This document shows, in pieces, positions 13,035-26,479 of a DNA stretch of 64,000 nucleotides. A program made the position numbers and the translations under genes. The DNA is from Felis catus (lineage: Eukaryota). Each line of letters begins with the position of its first letter. Positions within the stretch are counted from its first letter, which is position 1. The notes under the pieces were generated by a model. The model saw only the letters and a program-made list of their open reading frames with translations, made no database searches and was not told where the DNA came from. The stretch is from NCBI RefSeq assembly GCF_018350175.1, contig NC_058368.1, forward strand, positions 48,672,001 through 48,736,000, in the 5' to 3' direction.

Positions 13035-13288
13035 ACTGTAGTTTCATGAATACGAGTAACTCGTTCTGCGAGTGTTCCGCAAGATGAGCAAACATTTCTA
13101 ATAAATTTTAACTTGATAAACGAGCGAGGTCTTGCACTGAGTGAGGTCTTGCGTGAGTAGTACGTGACGCCGAACGTCACATGATCACAACTGAACCAAT
13201 GGTTCTTGAAATTCACTTTGATACACAAGCGCTTTGGATTACAAGCATGTTTCTAAACGAATTATGCTTGCAAACCAAGGTTTTACTG
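13035..13288. mobile_element. TcMar-Tigger-like MITE, probably a carnivore family; left end degraded
   Basis: CpG-retaining block ending cttgcaaaccaaggttttactg (reverse complement cagtaaaaccttggtttgc, a Tigger-type CAGT terminus); exact family not certain. Confidence 0.6.
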
Positions 13289-13476
13289 AAAAAATGGGGA
13301 TACCTTATATACACTGCCTCAAAGACCATACAAAATTATGTTAATGGTTGAATATAAACCCATAGTCCAGAGGTTCTTTCTCAGCTAGAGCCCATGACAA
13401 CATTAGACCCTAATGCAAGAAGAATATAACTAGTACCTTTGGGAAAGTGAAATATTCCTACTAAAAGTGTTGGAAA

Positions 13477-13642
13477 GGGGCACCTGGGTGGCTTAGTCGG
13501 TTAAGTGTCTGACTTTGGCTCAGGTCATGATCTCACAGCTCTTGAGTTCGAGCCCCATATCCAGCTCTGCACAGACAGCTTGGAGCCTGGAGCCTGCTTC
13601 AGATTCTGTGTGTCCCTCTCTCTCTGTCCCTCCCCACTCATG

Positions 13643-13678
<36 letters not shown>

Positions 13679-13694
13679 AATAAACATTAAAAAA
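13477..13694 (+). mobile_element. CAN-SINE
   Basis: Canonical head and body; TSD aaaagtgttgg. Confidence 0.93.
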
Positions 13695-14404
13695 AAAAGT
13701 GTTGGGAAATATCAAAACATCATAAATTAATCACTGCTTGTATGCCTGGGCACGATACAAAGTTTGTTCACAAAAGTTCTAGGAGGTTAGCTTATTTTGT
13801 GAAATGTAGCCACAAATTTCAACAATCTTATCTCCAGTTAGAGTTTCAGGTTTAGAGAATTAGGTTGTGATTGTTTACAAGATGCTTCTACAATTTTGTG
13901 TCACTTTTTTTTTCTTTTCTGAGAGTTGGGTGTGGTTTGGTTTTGGCTTTTAATTCATAGGTGATGGGAGATGAACAATAACACATTTTTAGCACATGGT
14001 GTGAATTCAAACTTGATGGTAAGGAAGCCCACCAGGGTATGCAACTGTGTTTTGTCTAGATGTTCGCCATATGCTGTTTTAGTTTCCATGTTATTATTCG
14101 TAGGGACTATAACATGTCACAGTCCTGAGAGCCTCCAAAGTACTCACCCATCTGGTTTCCCAGATACAAAAATGGCACAGGACCCCGTCACTGATTTTTA
14201 GGCGGAGCAAGAAGGCAGTGGCAGAAAGGCACAATGAAGGGCTGGCTTTTCTTAAGGATCTGAGGCAGCAGGCGTGGCAGGAGCACTGAAACCGGTGCTG
14301 GCCACTGTTCCCAGCACTCTCTCTTATTACCCACGCCTGACTGCCTCTGCACAACAGACTGACATGGTCGAAGCTTTCGCCAAAGTCCACATTAGAACAG
14401 AGCA

Positions 14405-14567
14405 AGAGTCAGCTAACTTCTGTTGAGCGCCAGAAAGTAAGTATCTTCGTCTTTGTAAGGCAGAGTCCAAAGCAGTCACAGACGATACTTAAACAAACGT
14501 GGTGGCTGTGCACCCATAAAACTTTATTTATAAAAGCAGGCTGTGGGCCATCATTTGCCAACATCTG
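14405..14567. mobile_element. MER58A-like hAT-Charlie MITE
   Basis: aaagcagtcacagacgatacttaaacaaacgtggtggctgtgcacccataaaactttatttataaaagcaggc matches the MER58A core. Confidence 0.8.
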
Positions 14568-14689
14568 GCACTGACTTCTTAACTCTAAGAAGTGGTCTTT
14601 CTGGTAACAAGCTTATCCTCATTTTGAAGGGATCACGAATCCTCGTAGCTATCGTATCATTTGGGTGCAACGGTATTGGTAACAACAAG

Positions 14690-14885
14690 CCTGAGTAGCA
14701 GCATTTCTTGGGTGCTTGTGATATCCCAGACACTGCACTAATTACATATAATTCCCCGAATCCTCACACCTCCTTGAGGTAGCTGTTACCATCATTCCTA
14801 TTTTCAGCTACAAAGGTCAAAGTATAAATATCAAAGAGCCTTCAGTGGTGGAGGGACTAAATCCAAGATCTTTGACTTGGATCCT
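14690..14885 (-). mobile_element. MIR fragment
   Basis: aatcctcacacctccttgaggtagctgttaccatcattcctattttcag, reverse MIR core. Confidence 0.65.
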
Positions 14886-14894
14886 TAGCTGGCC

Positions 14895-15080
14895 CACAGG
14901 CTTCTAACTTTGGGATTCAGCACAGTCAACAGGGGGCTTGTTTAAATGCCAATTCCTGGGCTCCACCTTCAAATGTTCTGATTTAGTCCCCTTGGATTAG
15001 GCCTAGAAACCTGCATTTTAACACATACTTCTGGTAAATCTGGTGCAAGTTGTCAGTGGAACACACACTGAAAAATACTA
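14895..15080. mobile_element. MER5B-like MITE
   Basis: cttgtttaaatgccaattcctgggctccacc...ctgcattttaacacatacttctggtaaatctg. Confidence 0.7.
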
Positions 15081-16988
15081 CACTACCATACAGCATCCAA
15101 GCCAAAAGCCAAGTGTCTGTATGGAAACAGAGACTGTTGGTGCCTGCTAAAATCATAATCTGAGCAAACGATTACCCTCAATGAGGAAAAGTTGAAGTAG
15201 ATTTTAAAGTAATCTTACTTTCAGCCTGCTTTATATGTTTACGCATTAAAAATTATGAAAGCTATATGGAGTTTTTAATACGGAGGTAAATATAAAAGAG
15301 GTTTAAATTTCAAAAGCCAATTTTTGTTAAAAGGCCGAGCTAAAGAAATCAGTGATATTTTAGGCATAGGGAGAGGCTGACTGATGACCAGCAGCATTTT
15401 TGTTTTAAAGATGTAAATCTAGAGATGTCAACTTCTCCTTGTATCTTCCAAAACTTAACTGCCTAGCACGTTTTTCTTACGTGCCACTGGGGATGCTGGA
15501 GAAGAACTAGGATGTTGTTTGGCAATAACGTCACGTGGAGTTAGTTTCCGACAACACGATTTCTTGGACAGGGAGTAGGTCACAGCCCAAGATGGGAGTT
15601 CGGACATGAAGCAGGAGTCACATGAATTCGGCCATCGGAAGCACACGGGACCAGAAGCTTGGCAAGCAGCAAGCACACATGATGTGAATGCTGACGCAGG
15701 TCCGCTGCAGAAGTTGCGCAGGTCAGAGACAGAACAGCAACATGGTTTAAAAAAAAAAAAAAAAAACATCCTGGGAGGATGTTCTCACTTCTGAAAGTAG
15801 CTGAGGCCCCTGGGCCCTAGGAGAGCCTCAACTTTCTGTAAACGTTCAGAATCATCTGCATAAGCAATGTCACACTAGCAGAGTTGGGGTCAACCACTCG
15901 GCCCGGGATCAGGGACTCAACATTTATTGAACGCATGTCTAGGCCAAGAAACATGCTAAGTGCTGCAGCTGAACTGCTGATTAAAATGTACTCCCTGTTC
16001 TCAAGGAGCTTATTATCTGCTAGAAGTGAGGCTTCTAGACCAGCTCATGCCACCCTCTTCTGGTCACGTCATTCTAAGCTTCTAGTCACGTTGTTAAAGT
16101 TCCTGAGCCTCAGGGGTTTTTTATCTGTAAATTAGAGGCAGTAAGGTCTTCAGCTGTTAGCGTCAAATGAAAACCTCTGTAATGTAAGGCACTACTACAG
16201 AATTAATTGGTGGTTCCCAGTACACCGTGAAGAGGAAGACAGAAGGGGGCTCTACAGGAAGCCCCCGCTGAATGCACAACAGGAAAGGAGCAGAAAAGAA
16301 AGCACTGCCTGTTACTACACCCAGGTGCATTTTTAACAAGAACACTAATGAGGGCATGATCCAGGGTAGTTTTAGCAGCATACCCCGTATTCTTAGAAAC
16401 TTCACAAGGATGAATGATTATAGGAGGGAGTGATATCCTACAGACCAGATACAAAAACACAGTCCTGTTCTCCCTCGACACCACGGGACCCTAAGCAGAA
16501 AGGGGTCTACTAAAAACTCCACGAAAGATGGTGAGCAAACAACTCTTAGTATTTGGCAAACCTTCTGTTCAGAAACTCCACTAAGAATACCATCCTTCGG
16601 GGAAATGTACTCCACCACAGAGACTCCTGCACTAGTGAAAATGCTGGTGGCTGCTGTTTCTACTCTAGCATGCCAAAGGACTAAGAGAAAAAGATGAGGG
16701 CCATTCAGAATCAGAATATGGTCTTTAGGTGATACTTTTATGGACTTAACTTGATTTATAAGAAAGAGTATATGGCTGGGATTCTGAACCTTTCCGGTAT
16801 TCTAGATCACTATACAGATCTGCAACCTCAAGGTCTTTCAACAACGGAATTTGTCTGACAAATTAGAATCAGACTATTTCCTATTTTTTAAAAGGCTTTG
16901 ATGATGACCAAATAGGATAACAAATGTGAAAGTTCTTTGAAGTGTTACAATCACTTACAAGTAATTATGATTAAAGATACAAACTTCA

Positions 16989-17196
16989 GGGGCGCCTGGG
17001 TGGCTCAGTCAGTTGAGCATCCGACTTCTGCTCAGGTCATGATCTCACAGCTCATGGGTTCGAACCCTGCGTCAGGCTCTGTGCTGACAGCTCAGAGCCT
17101 GGAGCCTGCTTCAGACTCTGCGTCTCCCTCTCTCTCTGCCCCTAACCCACTCACATCCTGTCTCTGTCTCTCTCAAAAATAAACATTTAAAAAAAA
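16989..17196 (+). mobile_element. CAN-SINE
   Basis: Perfect 16-bp TSD aaagatacaaacttca at 16973-16988 and 17197-17212. Confidence 0.95.
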
Positions 17197-17506
17197 AAAG
17201 ATACAAACTTCAATTGTATGCATATGAGGATGCTTCAAGATAGGCTTTATTTTTTAGACTGTGCTATAAACAACTATATTGTGTCCAAAGTTCTTAAAAA
17301 ATAATATGCAGTAAGTTATTCTACCACCTCTAGTGCAACTGTGCAATTATCATTTGTAAAACTCTCATGCTTTAGTTATCAAAAAAAGTTAATAAAATTC
17401 TAAATACAAACCCAAGTTTAATTTCCATAAAATTCATTTTTATTTTATTCATATTGTAATATATCCATTGCTTTTCAGGTATATGATGGGGTAAATAAGT
17501 CTATTA

Positions 17507-17538
<32 letters not shown>
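17507..17538. repeat. (CA)n microsatellite
   Basis: Directly visible. Confidence 0.9.
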
Positions 17539-17664
17539 AGTCAATAAACACTTCCACCCACGCAAAAAAAAGTGGAAAACACACTAGGTTCATAAATAAA
17601 ATAGATTCTGTATTTCCCCTGTAAAAACAGATGTTACTGTGTTCTTGTCCCACTCCTTAAATAA

Positions 17665-17989
17665 ATATATACGTGTATATATGTACACACATATACATGT
17701 ATATATATACATATATATACATATATACATATGTATATGTATATATACGTATATATACACATATACATGTGTGTACATATATACAGGTATATATACGTAC
17801 ATATATATGTATATATATACGTATATATATGTACGTATATATATATACACATATACATGTGTGTACATATATACAGGTATATATACGTACATATATATGT
17901 ATGTATATACGTATATATATGTACGTATATATATATACACATATACATGTGTGTACATATATACAGGTATATATATATATATATATATC
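17665..17989. repeat. AT-rich alternating purine-pyrimidine minisatellite with 90-bp period
   Basis: Marker atacaggtat recurs at 17781, 17871 and 17961. Confidence 0.93.
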
Positions 17990-18129
17990 TTCAAAATATG
18001 ATGGTAGACTGTTAATTCATAGCCATGTTATTTAATAAGTGTGTACTTTGATAAGTCCATAAAAAATATCAATAACCTGTTAAAAATTCCACTGTTAATC
18101 CAAACAGAGGCATTTAAAAATGAATTATT

Positions 18130-19190
18130 TGCAAAAAAGACAAGAAAACTACATACTGTTATCACTTATGAATATGGATACAAAAATCCTCAACAAAACA
18201 CCAGTGGAACCACATCCAGCAACATATAAAAAGAATTATATATCATGACCAAGTGAGATTTATCCCACATATACAATGTTGGTTTAATATGTGAAAATTA
18301 ATGTAATGTGCCATGTCAATAGACTAAAAAACAAAAACCACATGATCATATCAATAAATGCAGTAAAAGCATCCGAGAAAGCCAATCCCCTTTCATGATA
18401 TAAATACCCAACAAAGTGGGAATGGAAGGGAATGTGTTCAATATGAGAAAGGCCATTTACCAAAAACCATAGATTATATCACACTTAATGGTGAAAAACA
18501 GAAGCTTTCCCCAAGATCAAAAAGCGACAAGAATATCTACTCTCACTTTTCTTCAACACTATACTAAAAGTTCTAGCCAAGGCAATTAAGCAAGAAAAAA
18601 AATGAAAGCCATTCAGATTGGAAAGGGAAAAGTAAAACTAACTCTATTCACAAATATATGATCCTGTGTATCAGAAATTCTTACAGAACCTATTTTAAAA
18701 CTTAGAATAAATAGTTCAGAAAGACTGCAGGGTATAATATAAATACACAGAAATTAATTTTATTTCTATACACTTGCATAAACAATCCAAAAATGAAATT
18801 AAGAAAACAATTCTACTCTCTAGTAAATAATACCATATTGCATATTTAACACCGCTAACCAAGTAAATCTTAAAAGTTACCTTCAAAGGAAAACAAAAGT
18901 CTGTAACTATGTATGATAAGGAATGTTAACTAGCCATTGTGGTGATCATTTTAGAAAATATACAAACATCGAATCGTTAGGTTGTACATCTGAAACTAAT
19001 ACAGTGTTGTGTCAACTATACCTCAATTTAAAAAGGAATTCTATTTACAATAGCATCAAAAAGAATGAAATACTTGAGAATAAATTTAACAAACGGATTA
19101 CAAAGCCTATACTCTGAAAACTACAAAACAATGTTGAGAGAAATTAAAGAAGATCTGTATGAATGGAAAAATATCCCACAATCGTGGTGA
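18130..19190 (+). mobile_element. Decayed L1 ORF2 (reverse-transcriptase region) fragment
   Basis: acttatgaatatggatacaaaaatcctcaacaaaa...catgaccaagtgagatttatccc...aaaaaccacatgatcatatcaataaatgcag corresponds to L1 RT motifs (MNIDAKILNK, HDQVGFIP, KNHMIISIDAEK); frame disrupted. Confidence 0.9.
18816..19032 (+). mobile_element. L1MA9-like 3' end nested inside the L1 ORF2 fragment
   Basis: gtaaatcttaaaagtt...ttgtggtgatcatttt...gttgtacatctgaaactaatacagtg; host sequence resumes at a duplicated aattcta. Confidence 0.75.
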
Positions 19191-19319
19191 ATTAGGGCAT
19201 CTTTATCACAGGGGCACCTGAGAAAGAAGCTTCCTCACCTTCTGAAGAGAGCTGCCAGAAGCCAACTTCTTCTCACTCTCCAAGTAAAACAACAGATACC
19301 TTCCTTCTCACTCCTGTAT

Positions 19320-19510
19320 ACTTCAGGAGTCAGCCTGAAGTTAAAGATGACACAGAGAGATAGAAAGACTGTTGAGATGTTAAACCAAACTAATTCTGAA
19401 GACCTACCTAACTCAGGACTTTCTCTTATCAGGCAACCAAAGCCCCTTTTATTACTAAAGCCAATTTGAATTCATTTTCTTTACTCATAATCAAACACAT
19501 CTTAACTGCC
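19320..19510 (+). mobile_element. Old MaLR LTR (MLT1-type) 3' fragment
   Basis: ctcaggactttctc...aagccaatttgaattcattttctttactcataatcaaacacatcttaactg. Confidence 0.55.
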
Positions 19511-19649
19511 TGAATCATACAGTTAGGAAATGCTAGTGGATAAGTGGACCAGAAATACAATCTTGGAAGCAAGTGCTGAAATAGCTATTTCTGAATAAAG
19601 GCAAACTATCTTCCTCACCCCTGTACTGAATCATGTCTTAAAGGTCTGC

Positions 19650-20170
19650 CCAGAACTCTTGTGCTCAAAAGTCTTTTTCCAGATCAAAAATCTTACCTGA
19701 GCTCCAGTTCCCTAATCCCAATGACTGAGTACACATGCACTCAGATGCCCCACTAGCAGCTTATATTTAAACAATACTGAACTCAGAATATAACCCCAAA
19801 TCACCTCTCCCACAATGACCCTGTGGGAATGGCATCATCATTCTCCAAATCACCCAGCCCTGAAACTTCACCATCCAATCTCTCCCTCTTTCTCTATATT
19901 TGTAGTTCTCTGGCTTCAAAATACTCTTCAGGAAATGCTCTTAATTCTATCTACTGCTTGCATTCCCAAACACCCTTATTTTAGGCCAGACCACAATTTT
20001 TACTTTCTACTTGGTTTCTTTGACTCTAGTTTCTCCCCCATTACATCCAATCTGCATGCTCCTCAGGTTAAGTTTTTTGCATTACTGTTTTCACCACATT
20101 GCTGCTGTACTTGAAAAGTTGCATTAGATCCCTCATGGAGTACAAAATAGTGCTCCATAACCTACCACCA
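19650..20170 (+). mobile_element. L2 fragment
   Basis: ctgagctccag...gaatggcatcatcattctccaaatcacccagccctgaaac, typical L2 3' region. Confidence 0.6.
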
Positions 20171-20813
20171 CCAACCAGCCTGAGTTAAATGCCTACTAAA
20201 AAGTAAAGTGGATAGTGGTGGCAAAGGTAGTGGTTGTTTCATTCGCACTAGTGAAGTTGTTAAAAAAAAAAATCACCATGGACATCTTTAGGAGGCAAAA
20301 ATCATCTTTTTGGGATAGATTGCAAGCATATACCCAAAACACGGTAAAGAAAGGTGATTTCTGGGTAACACATTCTGTCTCCTCATTTTTCTTTAACACA
20401 AAATACTCTGTTATTTTACTTACTTTGCCTATGCGCATGCTCTTTCCTCATCAAAACCAGGTCTCTCCTGTTCCCTCTCCCATCTACATGAAAAAATGAT
20501 ATGCGGTGTCTCTCAGTTCTCACAATTACTTCCCACTTATCTATATAAGTGAAATAAACATCTACAAAAATCTAAAAACTGTCCCAGATCTCATGGAGAT
20601 TCCACTACAACTTTTTTAGCTTCCTTTGCTGACATTAGTTCCCAAAATAACATCAAACAAAGAATAAAGAAATTAAAATATGGAAGTCACAGATTTGGGC
20701 AAAGCTGGAGTTCCATTCAATGAAAAACTAACTCTGTAAACTATGAATAACCATAATATAGTCATTGTCCTTTGCTTGTAAATAGCTTGAAGGAATTAGA
20801 TGAAATTAGTTTT

Positions 20814-21057
20814 GTTTTGTTTTTTTTGTTATTTTTTTTAAAATTTTTTTTTTTCAACGTTTATTTATTTTTGGGACAGAGAAAGACAGAGCATGAACAC
20901 GGGAGGGGCAGAGAGAGAGGGAGACACAGAACTGGAAGCAGGCTCCAGGCTCTGAGCCATCAGCCCAGAGCCTGACACGGGGCTTGAACTCACGGACCGC
21001 GAGATCATGACCTGGCTGAAGTCGGACGCTTAACCGACTGCGCCAACCAGGCGCCCC
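20814..21057 (-). mobile_element. Young SINEC_Fc-type SINE
   Basis: Reverse head ctgcgccaaccaggcgcccc; TSD tgaaattagtttt at 20801-20813 and 21058-21070. Confidence 0.95.
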
Positions 21058-21536
21058 TGAAATTAGTTTTTAAAGAGCATTCTAGCTATAAAGTTCTAAT
21101 TGTAAGGTTTTTCAGAATATATCCTATGCAAAAAAGAAAATGTAGTCAAGAATGGATTCTAAAAATTACATATAGTGAGAGGGCCTATAATGAACACACT
21201 ATTCTTCAGGTCAATTTTTCTAGGTATGTAAAATAAATAAAAATACAAATTAATGTAAGGTGCATTACTTTGACTTAAATAGCAGTCCACTATTTCAACC
21301 ACTTTGATTTCAACATAAGTTAGTCACCAAAAACACCTGCATATCAATTTCCCTCCTTGGGGAAGGACAATCTATCCCAAATATTTCAGACCTCATTACG
21401 TATGTAAGTGAAAAACAATGAGAAAAAAAAAACCAGCTAAGAGATATTCTAGATTTAAGTTACACAAGTATGCAGTTCCAGAATTTAAATCAGGATATAG
21501 ATTCTGATGTATATAATTTTATATATTTTAAGTACA

Positions 21537-21538
<2 letters not shown>

Positions 21539-21585
<47 letters not shown>

Positions 21586-21647
21586 TACACATTATACTCC
21601 TAAATATCTGTCATACACACATACAAGCACACACACACACACACACA
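21539..21647. repeat. (TA)n(CA)n and nearby (CA)n microsatellites
   Basis: Directly visible. Confidence 0.9.
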
Positions 21648-22397
21648 GCATGAAAAGTTTAAAATCATGTTCATTCAAATGATCTATCCTCTAATCCTTC
21701 ACCATTTGAGAAAGCAAAAGGACAGTTTTATTATGACTAAATATATACAATCTGAAGATATTTAGAAAACTATAGGTTTTAAAAAGCATATGCACGTAAC
21801 TTTCATGGAGGGGAAGAAATGATCTGAGCACAATAGGCTTCCAAAGGACTCTGTGCCTTCCTTCATATATCACATGTATATCACATACATAAGTTACCTC
21901 CTCACCAGATTGTGTGTCTAAGGGAAAAGGATTGGGCCAGGAACCCCCAGATGAAGCACCATGCCTGTCACATAGGAAGGACTCAGTAAATGTTTTTTTC
22001 TACAACCAAAAAAGCTTTTATATTCATTGTCCTATTGATTTGCCTATATCTTTAAAGCATTTTTGATGATTTTTTCAATATAAAACACTCACATACATAA
22101 TATATTTTACAGTTATTCTACTCATTGTATGCAGCATTATTTCTTTCACTTGTTTTACACTTAATATTGTTCAGATTTCATGGGAGAACTCAGTTCTAAT
22201 ACAGATTTCTGAGATATGATCAACAGGTCTGCATTTTATAGACTCTAATCATATATTCTACAGCCTGAAAAGTTTACATTTTTTCAAATCTCCAGGTTGC
22301 ACAAAAGATCAATTCATTTCCTTTTTTTTTCCCCCAGATTCTTGGGATGTAAGTAAAAACCCCACATGGGATTTCAGATTAGAAATGTCAGGGGTTA

Positions 22398-22637
22398 GAG
22401 GTGCCCGGGTGGCTCAGTCTGTTAAGCCTCCAACTTCGGCTCAGGTCATGATCTTGCAGTCCAAGGGTTCAAGCCCCGCACCCAGCTCTGTGCTAACAGC
22501 TCAGAGCCTGAAGCCTGCTTTGGATTCTATATCTCCTGCTCTCTCTGTCCCTCCCCCTCTAGGGTGTGCACACACTCTCTCACTCTCTCTCTCAAGACAA
22601 ACATTCAAAAAAAATTTTTAATTAAAAAATTTTAAAA
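22398..22637 (+). mobile_element. CAN-SINE
   Basis: Perfect 17-bp TSD agaaatgtcaggggtta at 22381-22397 and 22638-22654. Confidence 0.95.
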
Positions 22638-25600
22638 AGAAATGTCAGGGGTTACTGACAATAAAACTGTATTTAGTAAAACCTCAATTATTTGGAATCT
22701 TCAAGGAATAAGTCCTCGAAAATGGCTGAATTTTTGATACAATGAACACTTAAGTATTATAATTTTTATTGTAATTTTTTAAATGTTTGTAAACTATATT
22801 GCATATTTCCAATTCCTTATAAAGAATGTGCTGAAAACAACTAACTATTCTTAGTGACTTGAGGTTACCATTTTGAACACTGGTTACTTTGAGAATGACC
22901 TCTGCCAGGGCACATATCAGATTCCAGGATAGCACTGGGTGTGCTGAGTTCTCTTCAGCATGGTATTGTGATGCCATCAAGGACACCCAGTTCCACACAC
23001 ACAAAAATGCACCCTGTACCTCTTACACCTTCATGGAATCCCCTGAAGGTAGGCTTCCCCACCCAGATTCCTACCATCTTTCATCATGTTACGAGCGAGC
23101 CTTTTTTTGTCTGAAGAGGCTCAACTTTTACACAGATCCTGAGCAGTTCCTCTTAGCTACGTTAATTTGCTGACAAGTGCTCAGAGGCTGTTTCTGGTGG
23201 CTCTCTTCTTCCCCTTTTAGTTATAAAACTTAAAGATTCCATCTGATTTGGTAATACTGAAAGAAGCAGAATTCAAACAGCTCCAAAAGTTTTCCACAAA
23301 ATGGACTATAAGAGTTCAACATTCTAACTAAACTCTTAGGTGCATCTTAAATTAAGTTTATCTTCCTTTGGATCATTTCATTGGCATTCAGTACAGGGCT
23401 CAGAAAAGCAAAAGGTCTACTGCCCGCCGATTTCTCCAGCTCAGATAAATGAGAGATGGGTACCAAATATTGCAACCATAACGAACCTCAATCCAAATTA
23501 GAGAATTTCTCAATGTACAAGATACATTCTAAATAAAATGTGATCATTCAAGATTCAATGATTTAACTTGATCTCTTCAGAGAAACTATTTTAAAGGCAG
23601 AAACAATGGCCTGGGATTTCCTTCAAGCTTTTTCAAATCAGTATTTGTAAATCATGTTTCTGTTTCCTAGGAAACTAAGTAGGTTATACCTACGGCAAGA
23701 AAACTCTACCAGGGTCATTTTTCCTTCTATCCTTGGCTCACACATGCGGTTACCACTTATTAGAAGAAAAAATTACCTTCCAGGATCACTGAAAATCAAA
23801 ACAAGAAGGGAGCCAAAACACCACCTTCTCAGCCTGCTTCTTCTCCAATGGTATGACGGAGGAGCAAACAGAATAAAATTCCGCCCGGAGAACTCTAAAA
23901 AACTAGAAAGGGGTTTATGACCAAGTTCAGGAAATGCCCGACACCGTCTGTGGCCTTAAGCTTAATTCATTATGTGAAAGGTGATGCAAAAAGAAGGTAA
24001 AGACCTGGATGCATAAGCAACATCAAGTCAGACATTTCTGAGTTCAAATTCAAAGCTCTTAAAGAGTCTGCGAGAGCCATGTTCAAAGATGGTGAAACAG
24101 GTGTTTTCTCAAGGATTTTATGACTAGTATAAATTAATTTGGCGAGCTCTCAGAGTTCCAGGGATACCTGGCATTTTCAGAAAATACAATGAAGTATCAC
24201 TTCTACAAACATCTGTGGACGAACTTTTAACGGTGAGAATGTGATTAGTGTTTGCTGGATCCGTAATACTAAAGCTCGCTCTGGCTTTTTTCTTTAGTTA
24301 ACAACCAAAAACAGGAGGAAAACTGGGGCACAAAATCACACCACGTATGAGTTGTAAATGGGAGTGTAGAGTCTGCTTAAACAGTTTCAAATTTCTAAAA
24401 ACTATTATTAAATCACAGTAACGTTTAAGGCATCACAACCTTGGCCCAAAGACGGAATATTACATATGCTGCTGAGCTAACAAGACTCAGACACTACATC
24501 CCAACATTCTTAACACATTTTTAAGTTTCCAGTATTTTCACAAACACTTAACCACACAGCATACTTTAAAATATAAATGTTATACATATATTCATGTGTT
24601 TTAGGATTTAAATGTCTGCAAAGCAACTTTTTTCTAACGCAGCAACTCATTATTTTTCCATACTGAGGCCCCTACTCCACAAATTGCTTCCTCCAAGTAC
24701 TTTTTAAAAATATTCCTTTTGACTTCTAGGTGCATCTGTTGGCCTACACACAGATCTTTAGAACTCAATTTTCTATTCTCTTCCCTTCGTGACACATATA
24801 AACCCAATAAAGAAAGAAACTAAGAAATGGAAGCAACCAGCAGCTCAACTAAATTTTATAAGCCTCAGTTAGCTTCTACTATCAAATGATATTTAGACAC
24901 TTCAGCTCTAAATTTCTCTCTGTGGCATTCACCTCCTCCTAGAATCCCAGAAATCTTGGTCCCAGGAATGTAACCATTTCAATCATAATACTGAAGGTAA
25001 TTCAGATTTTCAGTTTCTCACTCACAGCTAATGCTGAACTCACTGCTCAGAATCTTGAAATCAGATAATGAGAGGACACTGGGCCCATTTTAATTAAGTG
25101 CTAAAAATGATCCAGGTAATTACCGTCAGTATTGCTTACCTCCTGGCAGCAGCTTGGTGTTACAAACTGCTAGCCCAATCAAATAATAATAATTACAATC
25201 ATCATTATAATCATGATTATTAAACCACCACCACCACCACCTCCAGAAGCACTGAGTCCTGGGATACAGATTTTGACTTGGCGTCCCAACAGCTATATTC
25301 CTATCTGGGACCCTGGCACTATTGCATTCAAACTCTACAAAGACCTAGGACAAGTCACTTTACTTTTGTCTTCGGAAGACAGACAATTTCTGAACTTCCC
25401 TCAAGCTTCCGGGACTCTTCAGACCTACTGCCCTCAAGTTCTCAGACTGAATAATGAATGGCTTTACCAAACCTCATATGTAGGTTTTGACACAAGACAG
25501 GAATGTGTACTTCTCAGATATTTATTTAGTTAACATCACAGGAAAGAGCCATCATAAAAATTAGACTCTGGTAACCTTTGTTTTTCAAATTTTATGCAAG

Positions 25601-26479
25601 GAGTCTTCATTGCTTGCTTAACATTTTTTAGAAAATACTTTCCTAGGCAGTTTATACAGTTCTGCACTATTATTATGCAATTGTATTCAAAACATAAAAA
25701 GGTTTATATTTAAGCAAACAAGTAAACAAGTTCACACAGAACACTTAATATTTTCAAATCTTTAATATGATAATGTTGCATGCCATAGGCCATGTTATAC
25801 AACACAAATGAGCGACGTTTCATTAACATGTTTACTTTCTGAATGTCAGAAAAGGCTATTTTGATGACTCATGTTCTGCTGTTGGACTTATATTCCTAAT
25901 TCTTATTCTCTAAGTGGTTTTAAAGAAATCTCTTTGTCCTACATCAACCCCATAAGCATATAAACTTATACAATATGAACCTCACCTTATTCAGAAACAT
26001 GAGCTAGTACCCTCCGACCAAGAGAGGAAGACTGTGTGAGACCATCACATGGGAGTAATGGCCTTATACTCAGAGATTCTGTACCTCTCTCAGCCTCTCC
26101 TTGAACCTAGCTATATACATATACTCACACCACAAATACCAAGTAATTCATTCAGTAAATCTTGGAGGACAAAGATAACATTAAGTACAGGGGTACTAGG
26201 GAAGCACTTCCAATGTACTTCCATAACATTTATCATCATCCGTAATTCAATGGTTTCACCCCCCAGTCATGGTTCCATATGGATGGAGACTGTGTCTACC
26301 TTCTTCACTTCTGTAGTATACCTCGTGTGATGCCTCAGACAGAGTACGTGGGGTGGGCTGAGGGTGGATGTAAACTGAAAACAAAACACATACACACATT
26401 CTAACAATAGTGTTAACGGCATACAATGGTATAAATTCAACCTCAAAACACCAATTTGTGCCTGGCAGCTTTAGAGGAC

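Noticed and set aside
17590..18035. Tyr/Ile/Met/His-rich ORFs in five frames
   Set aside because: Artefact of the alternating purine-pyrimidine minisatellite.
18130..19190. Reverse-transcriptase motifs as a possible functional gene
   Set aside because: Frameshifted, stop-riddled L1 ORF2 interrupted by another L1.
25134..25170. Strong minus-strand donor GAG|GTAAGC (similar isolated donors near 19692, 53600 and 61155)
   Set aside because: No convincing partner acceptor or coding frame.
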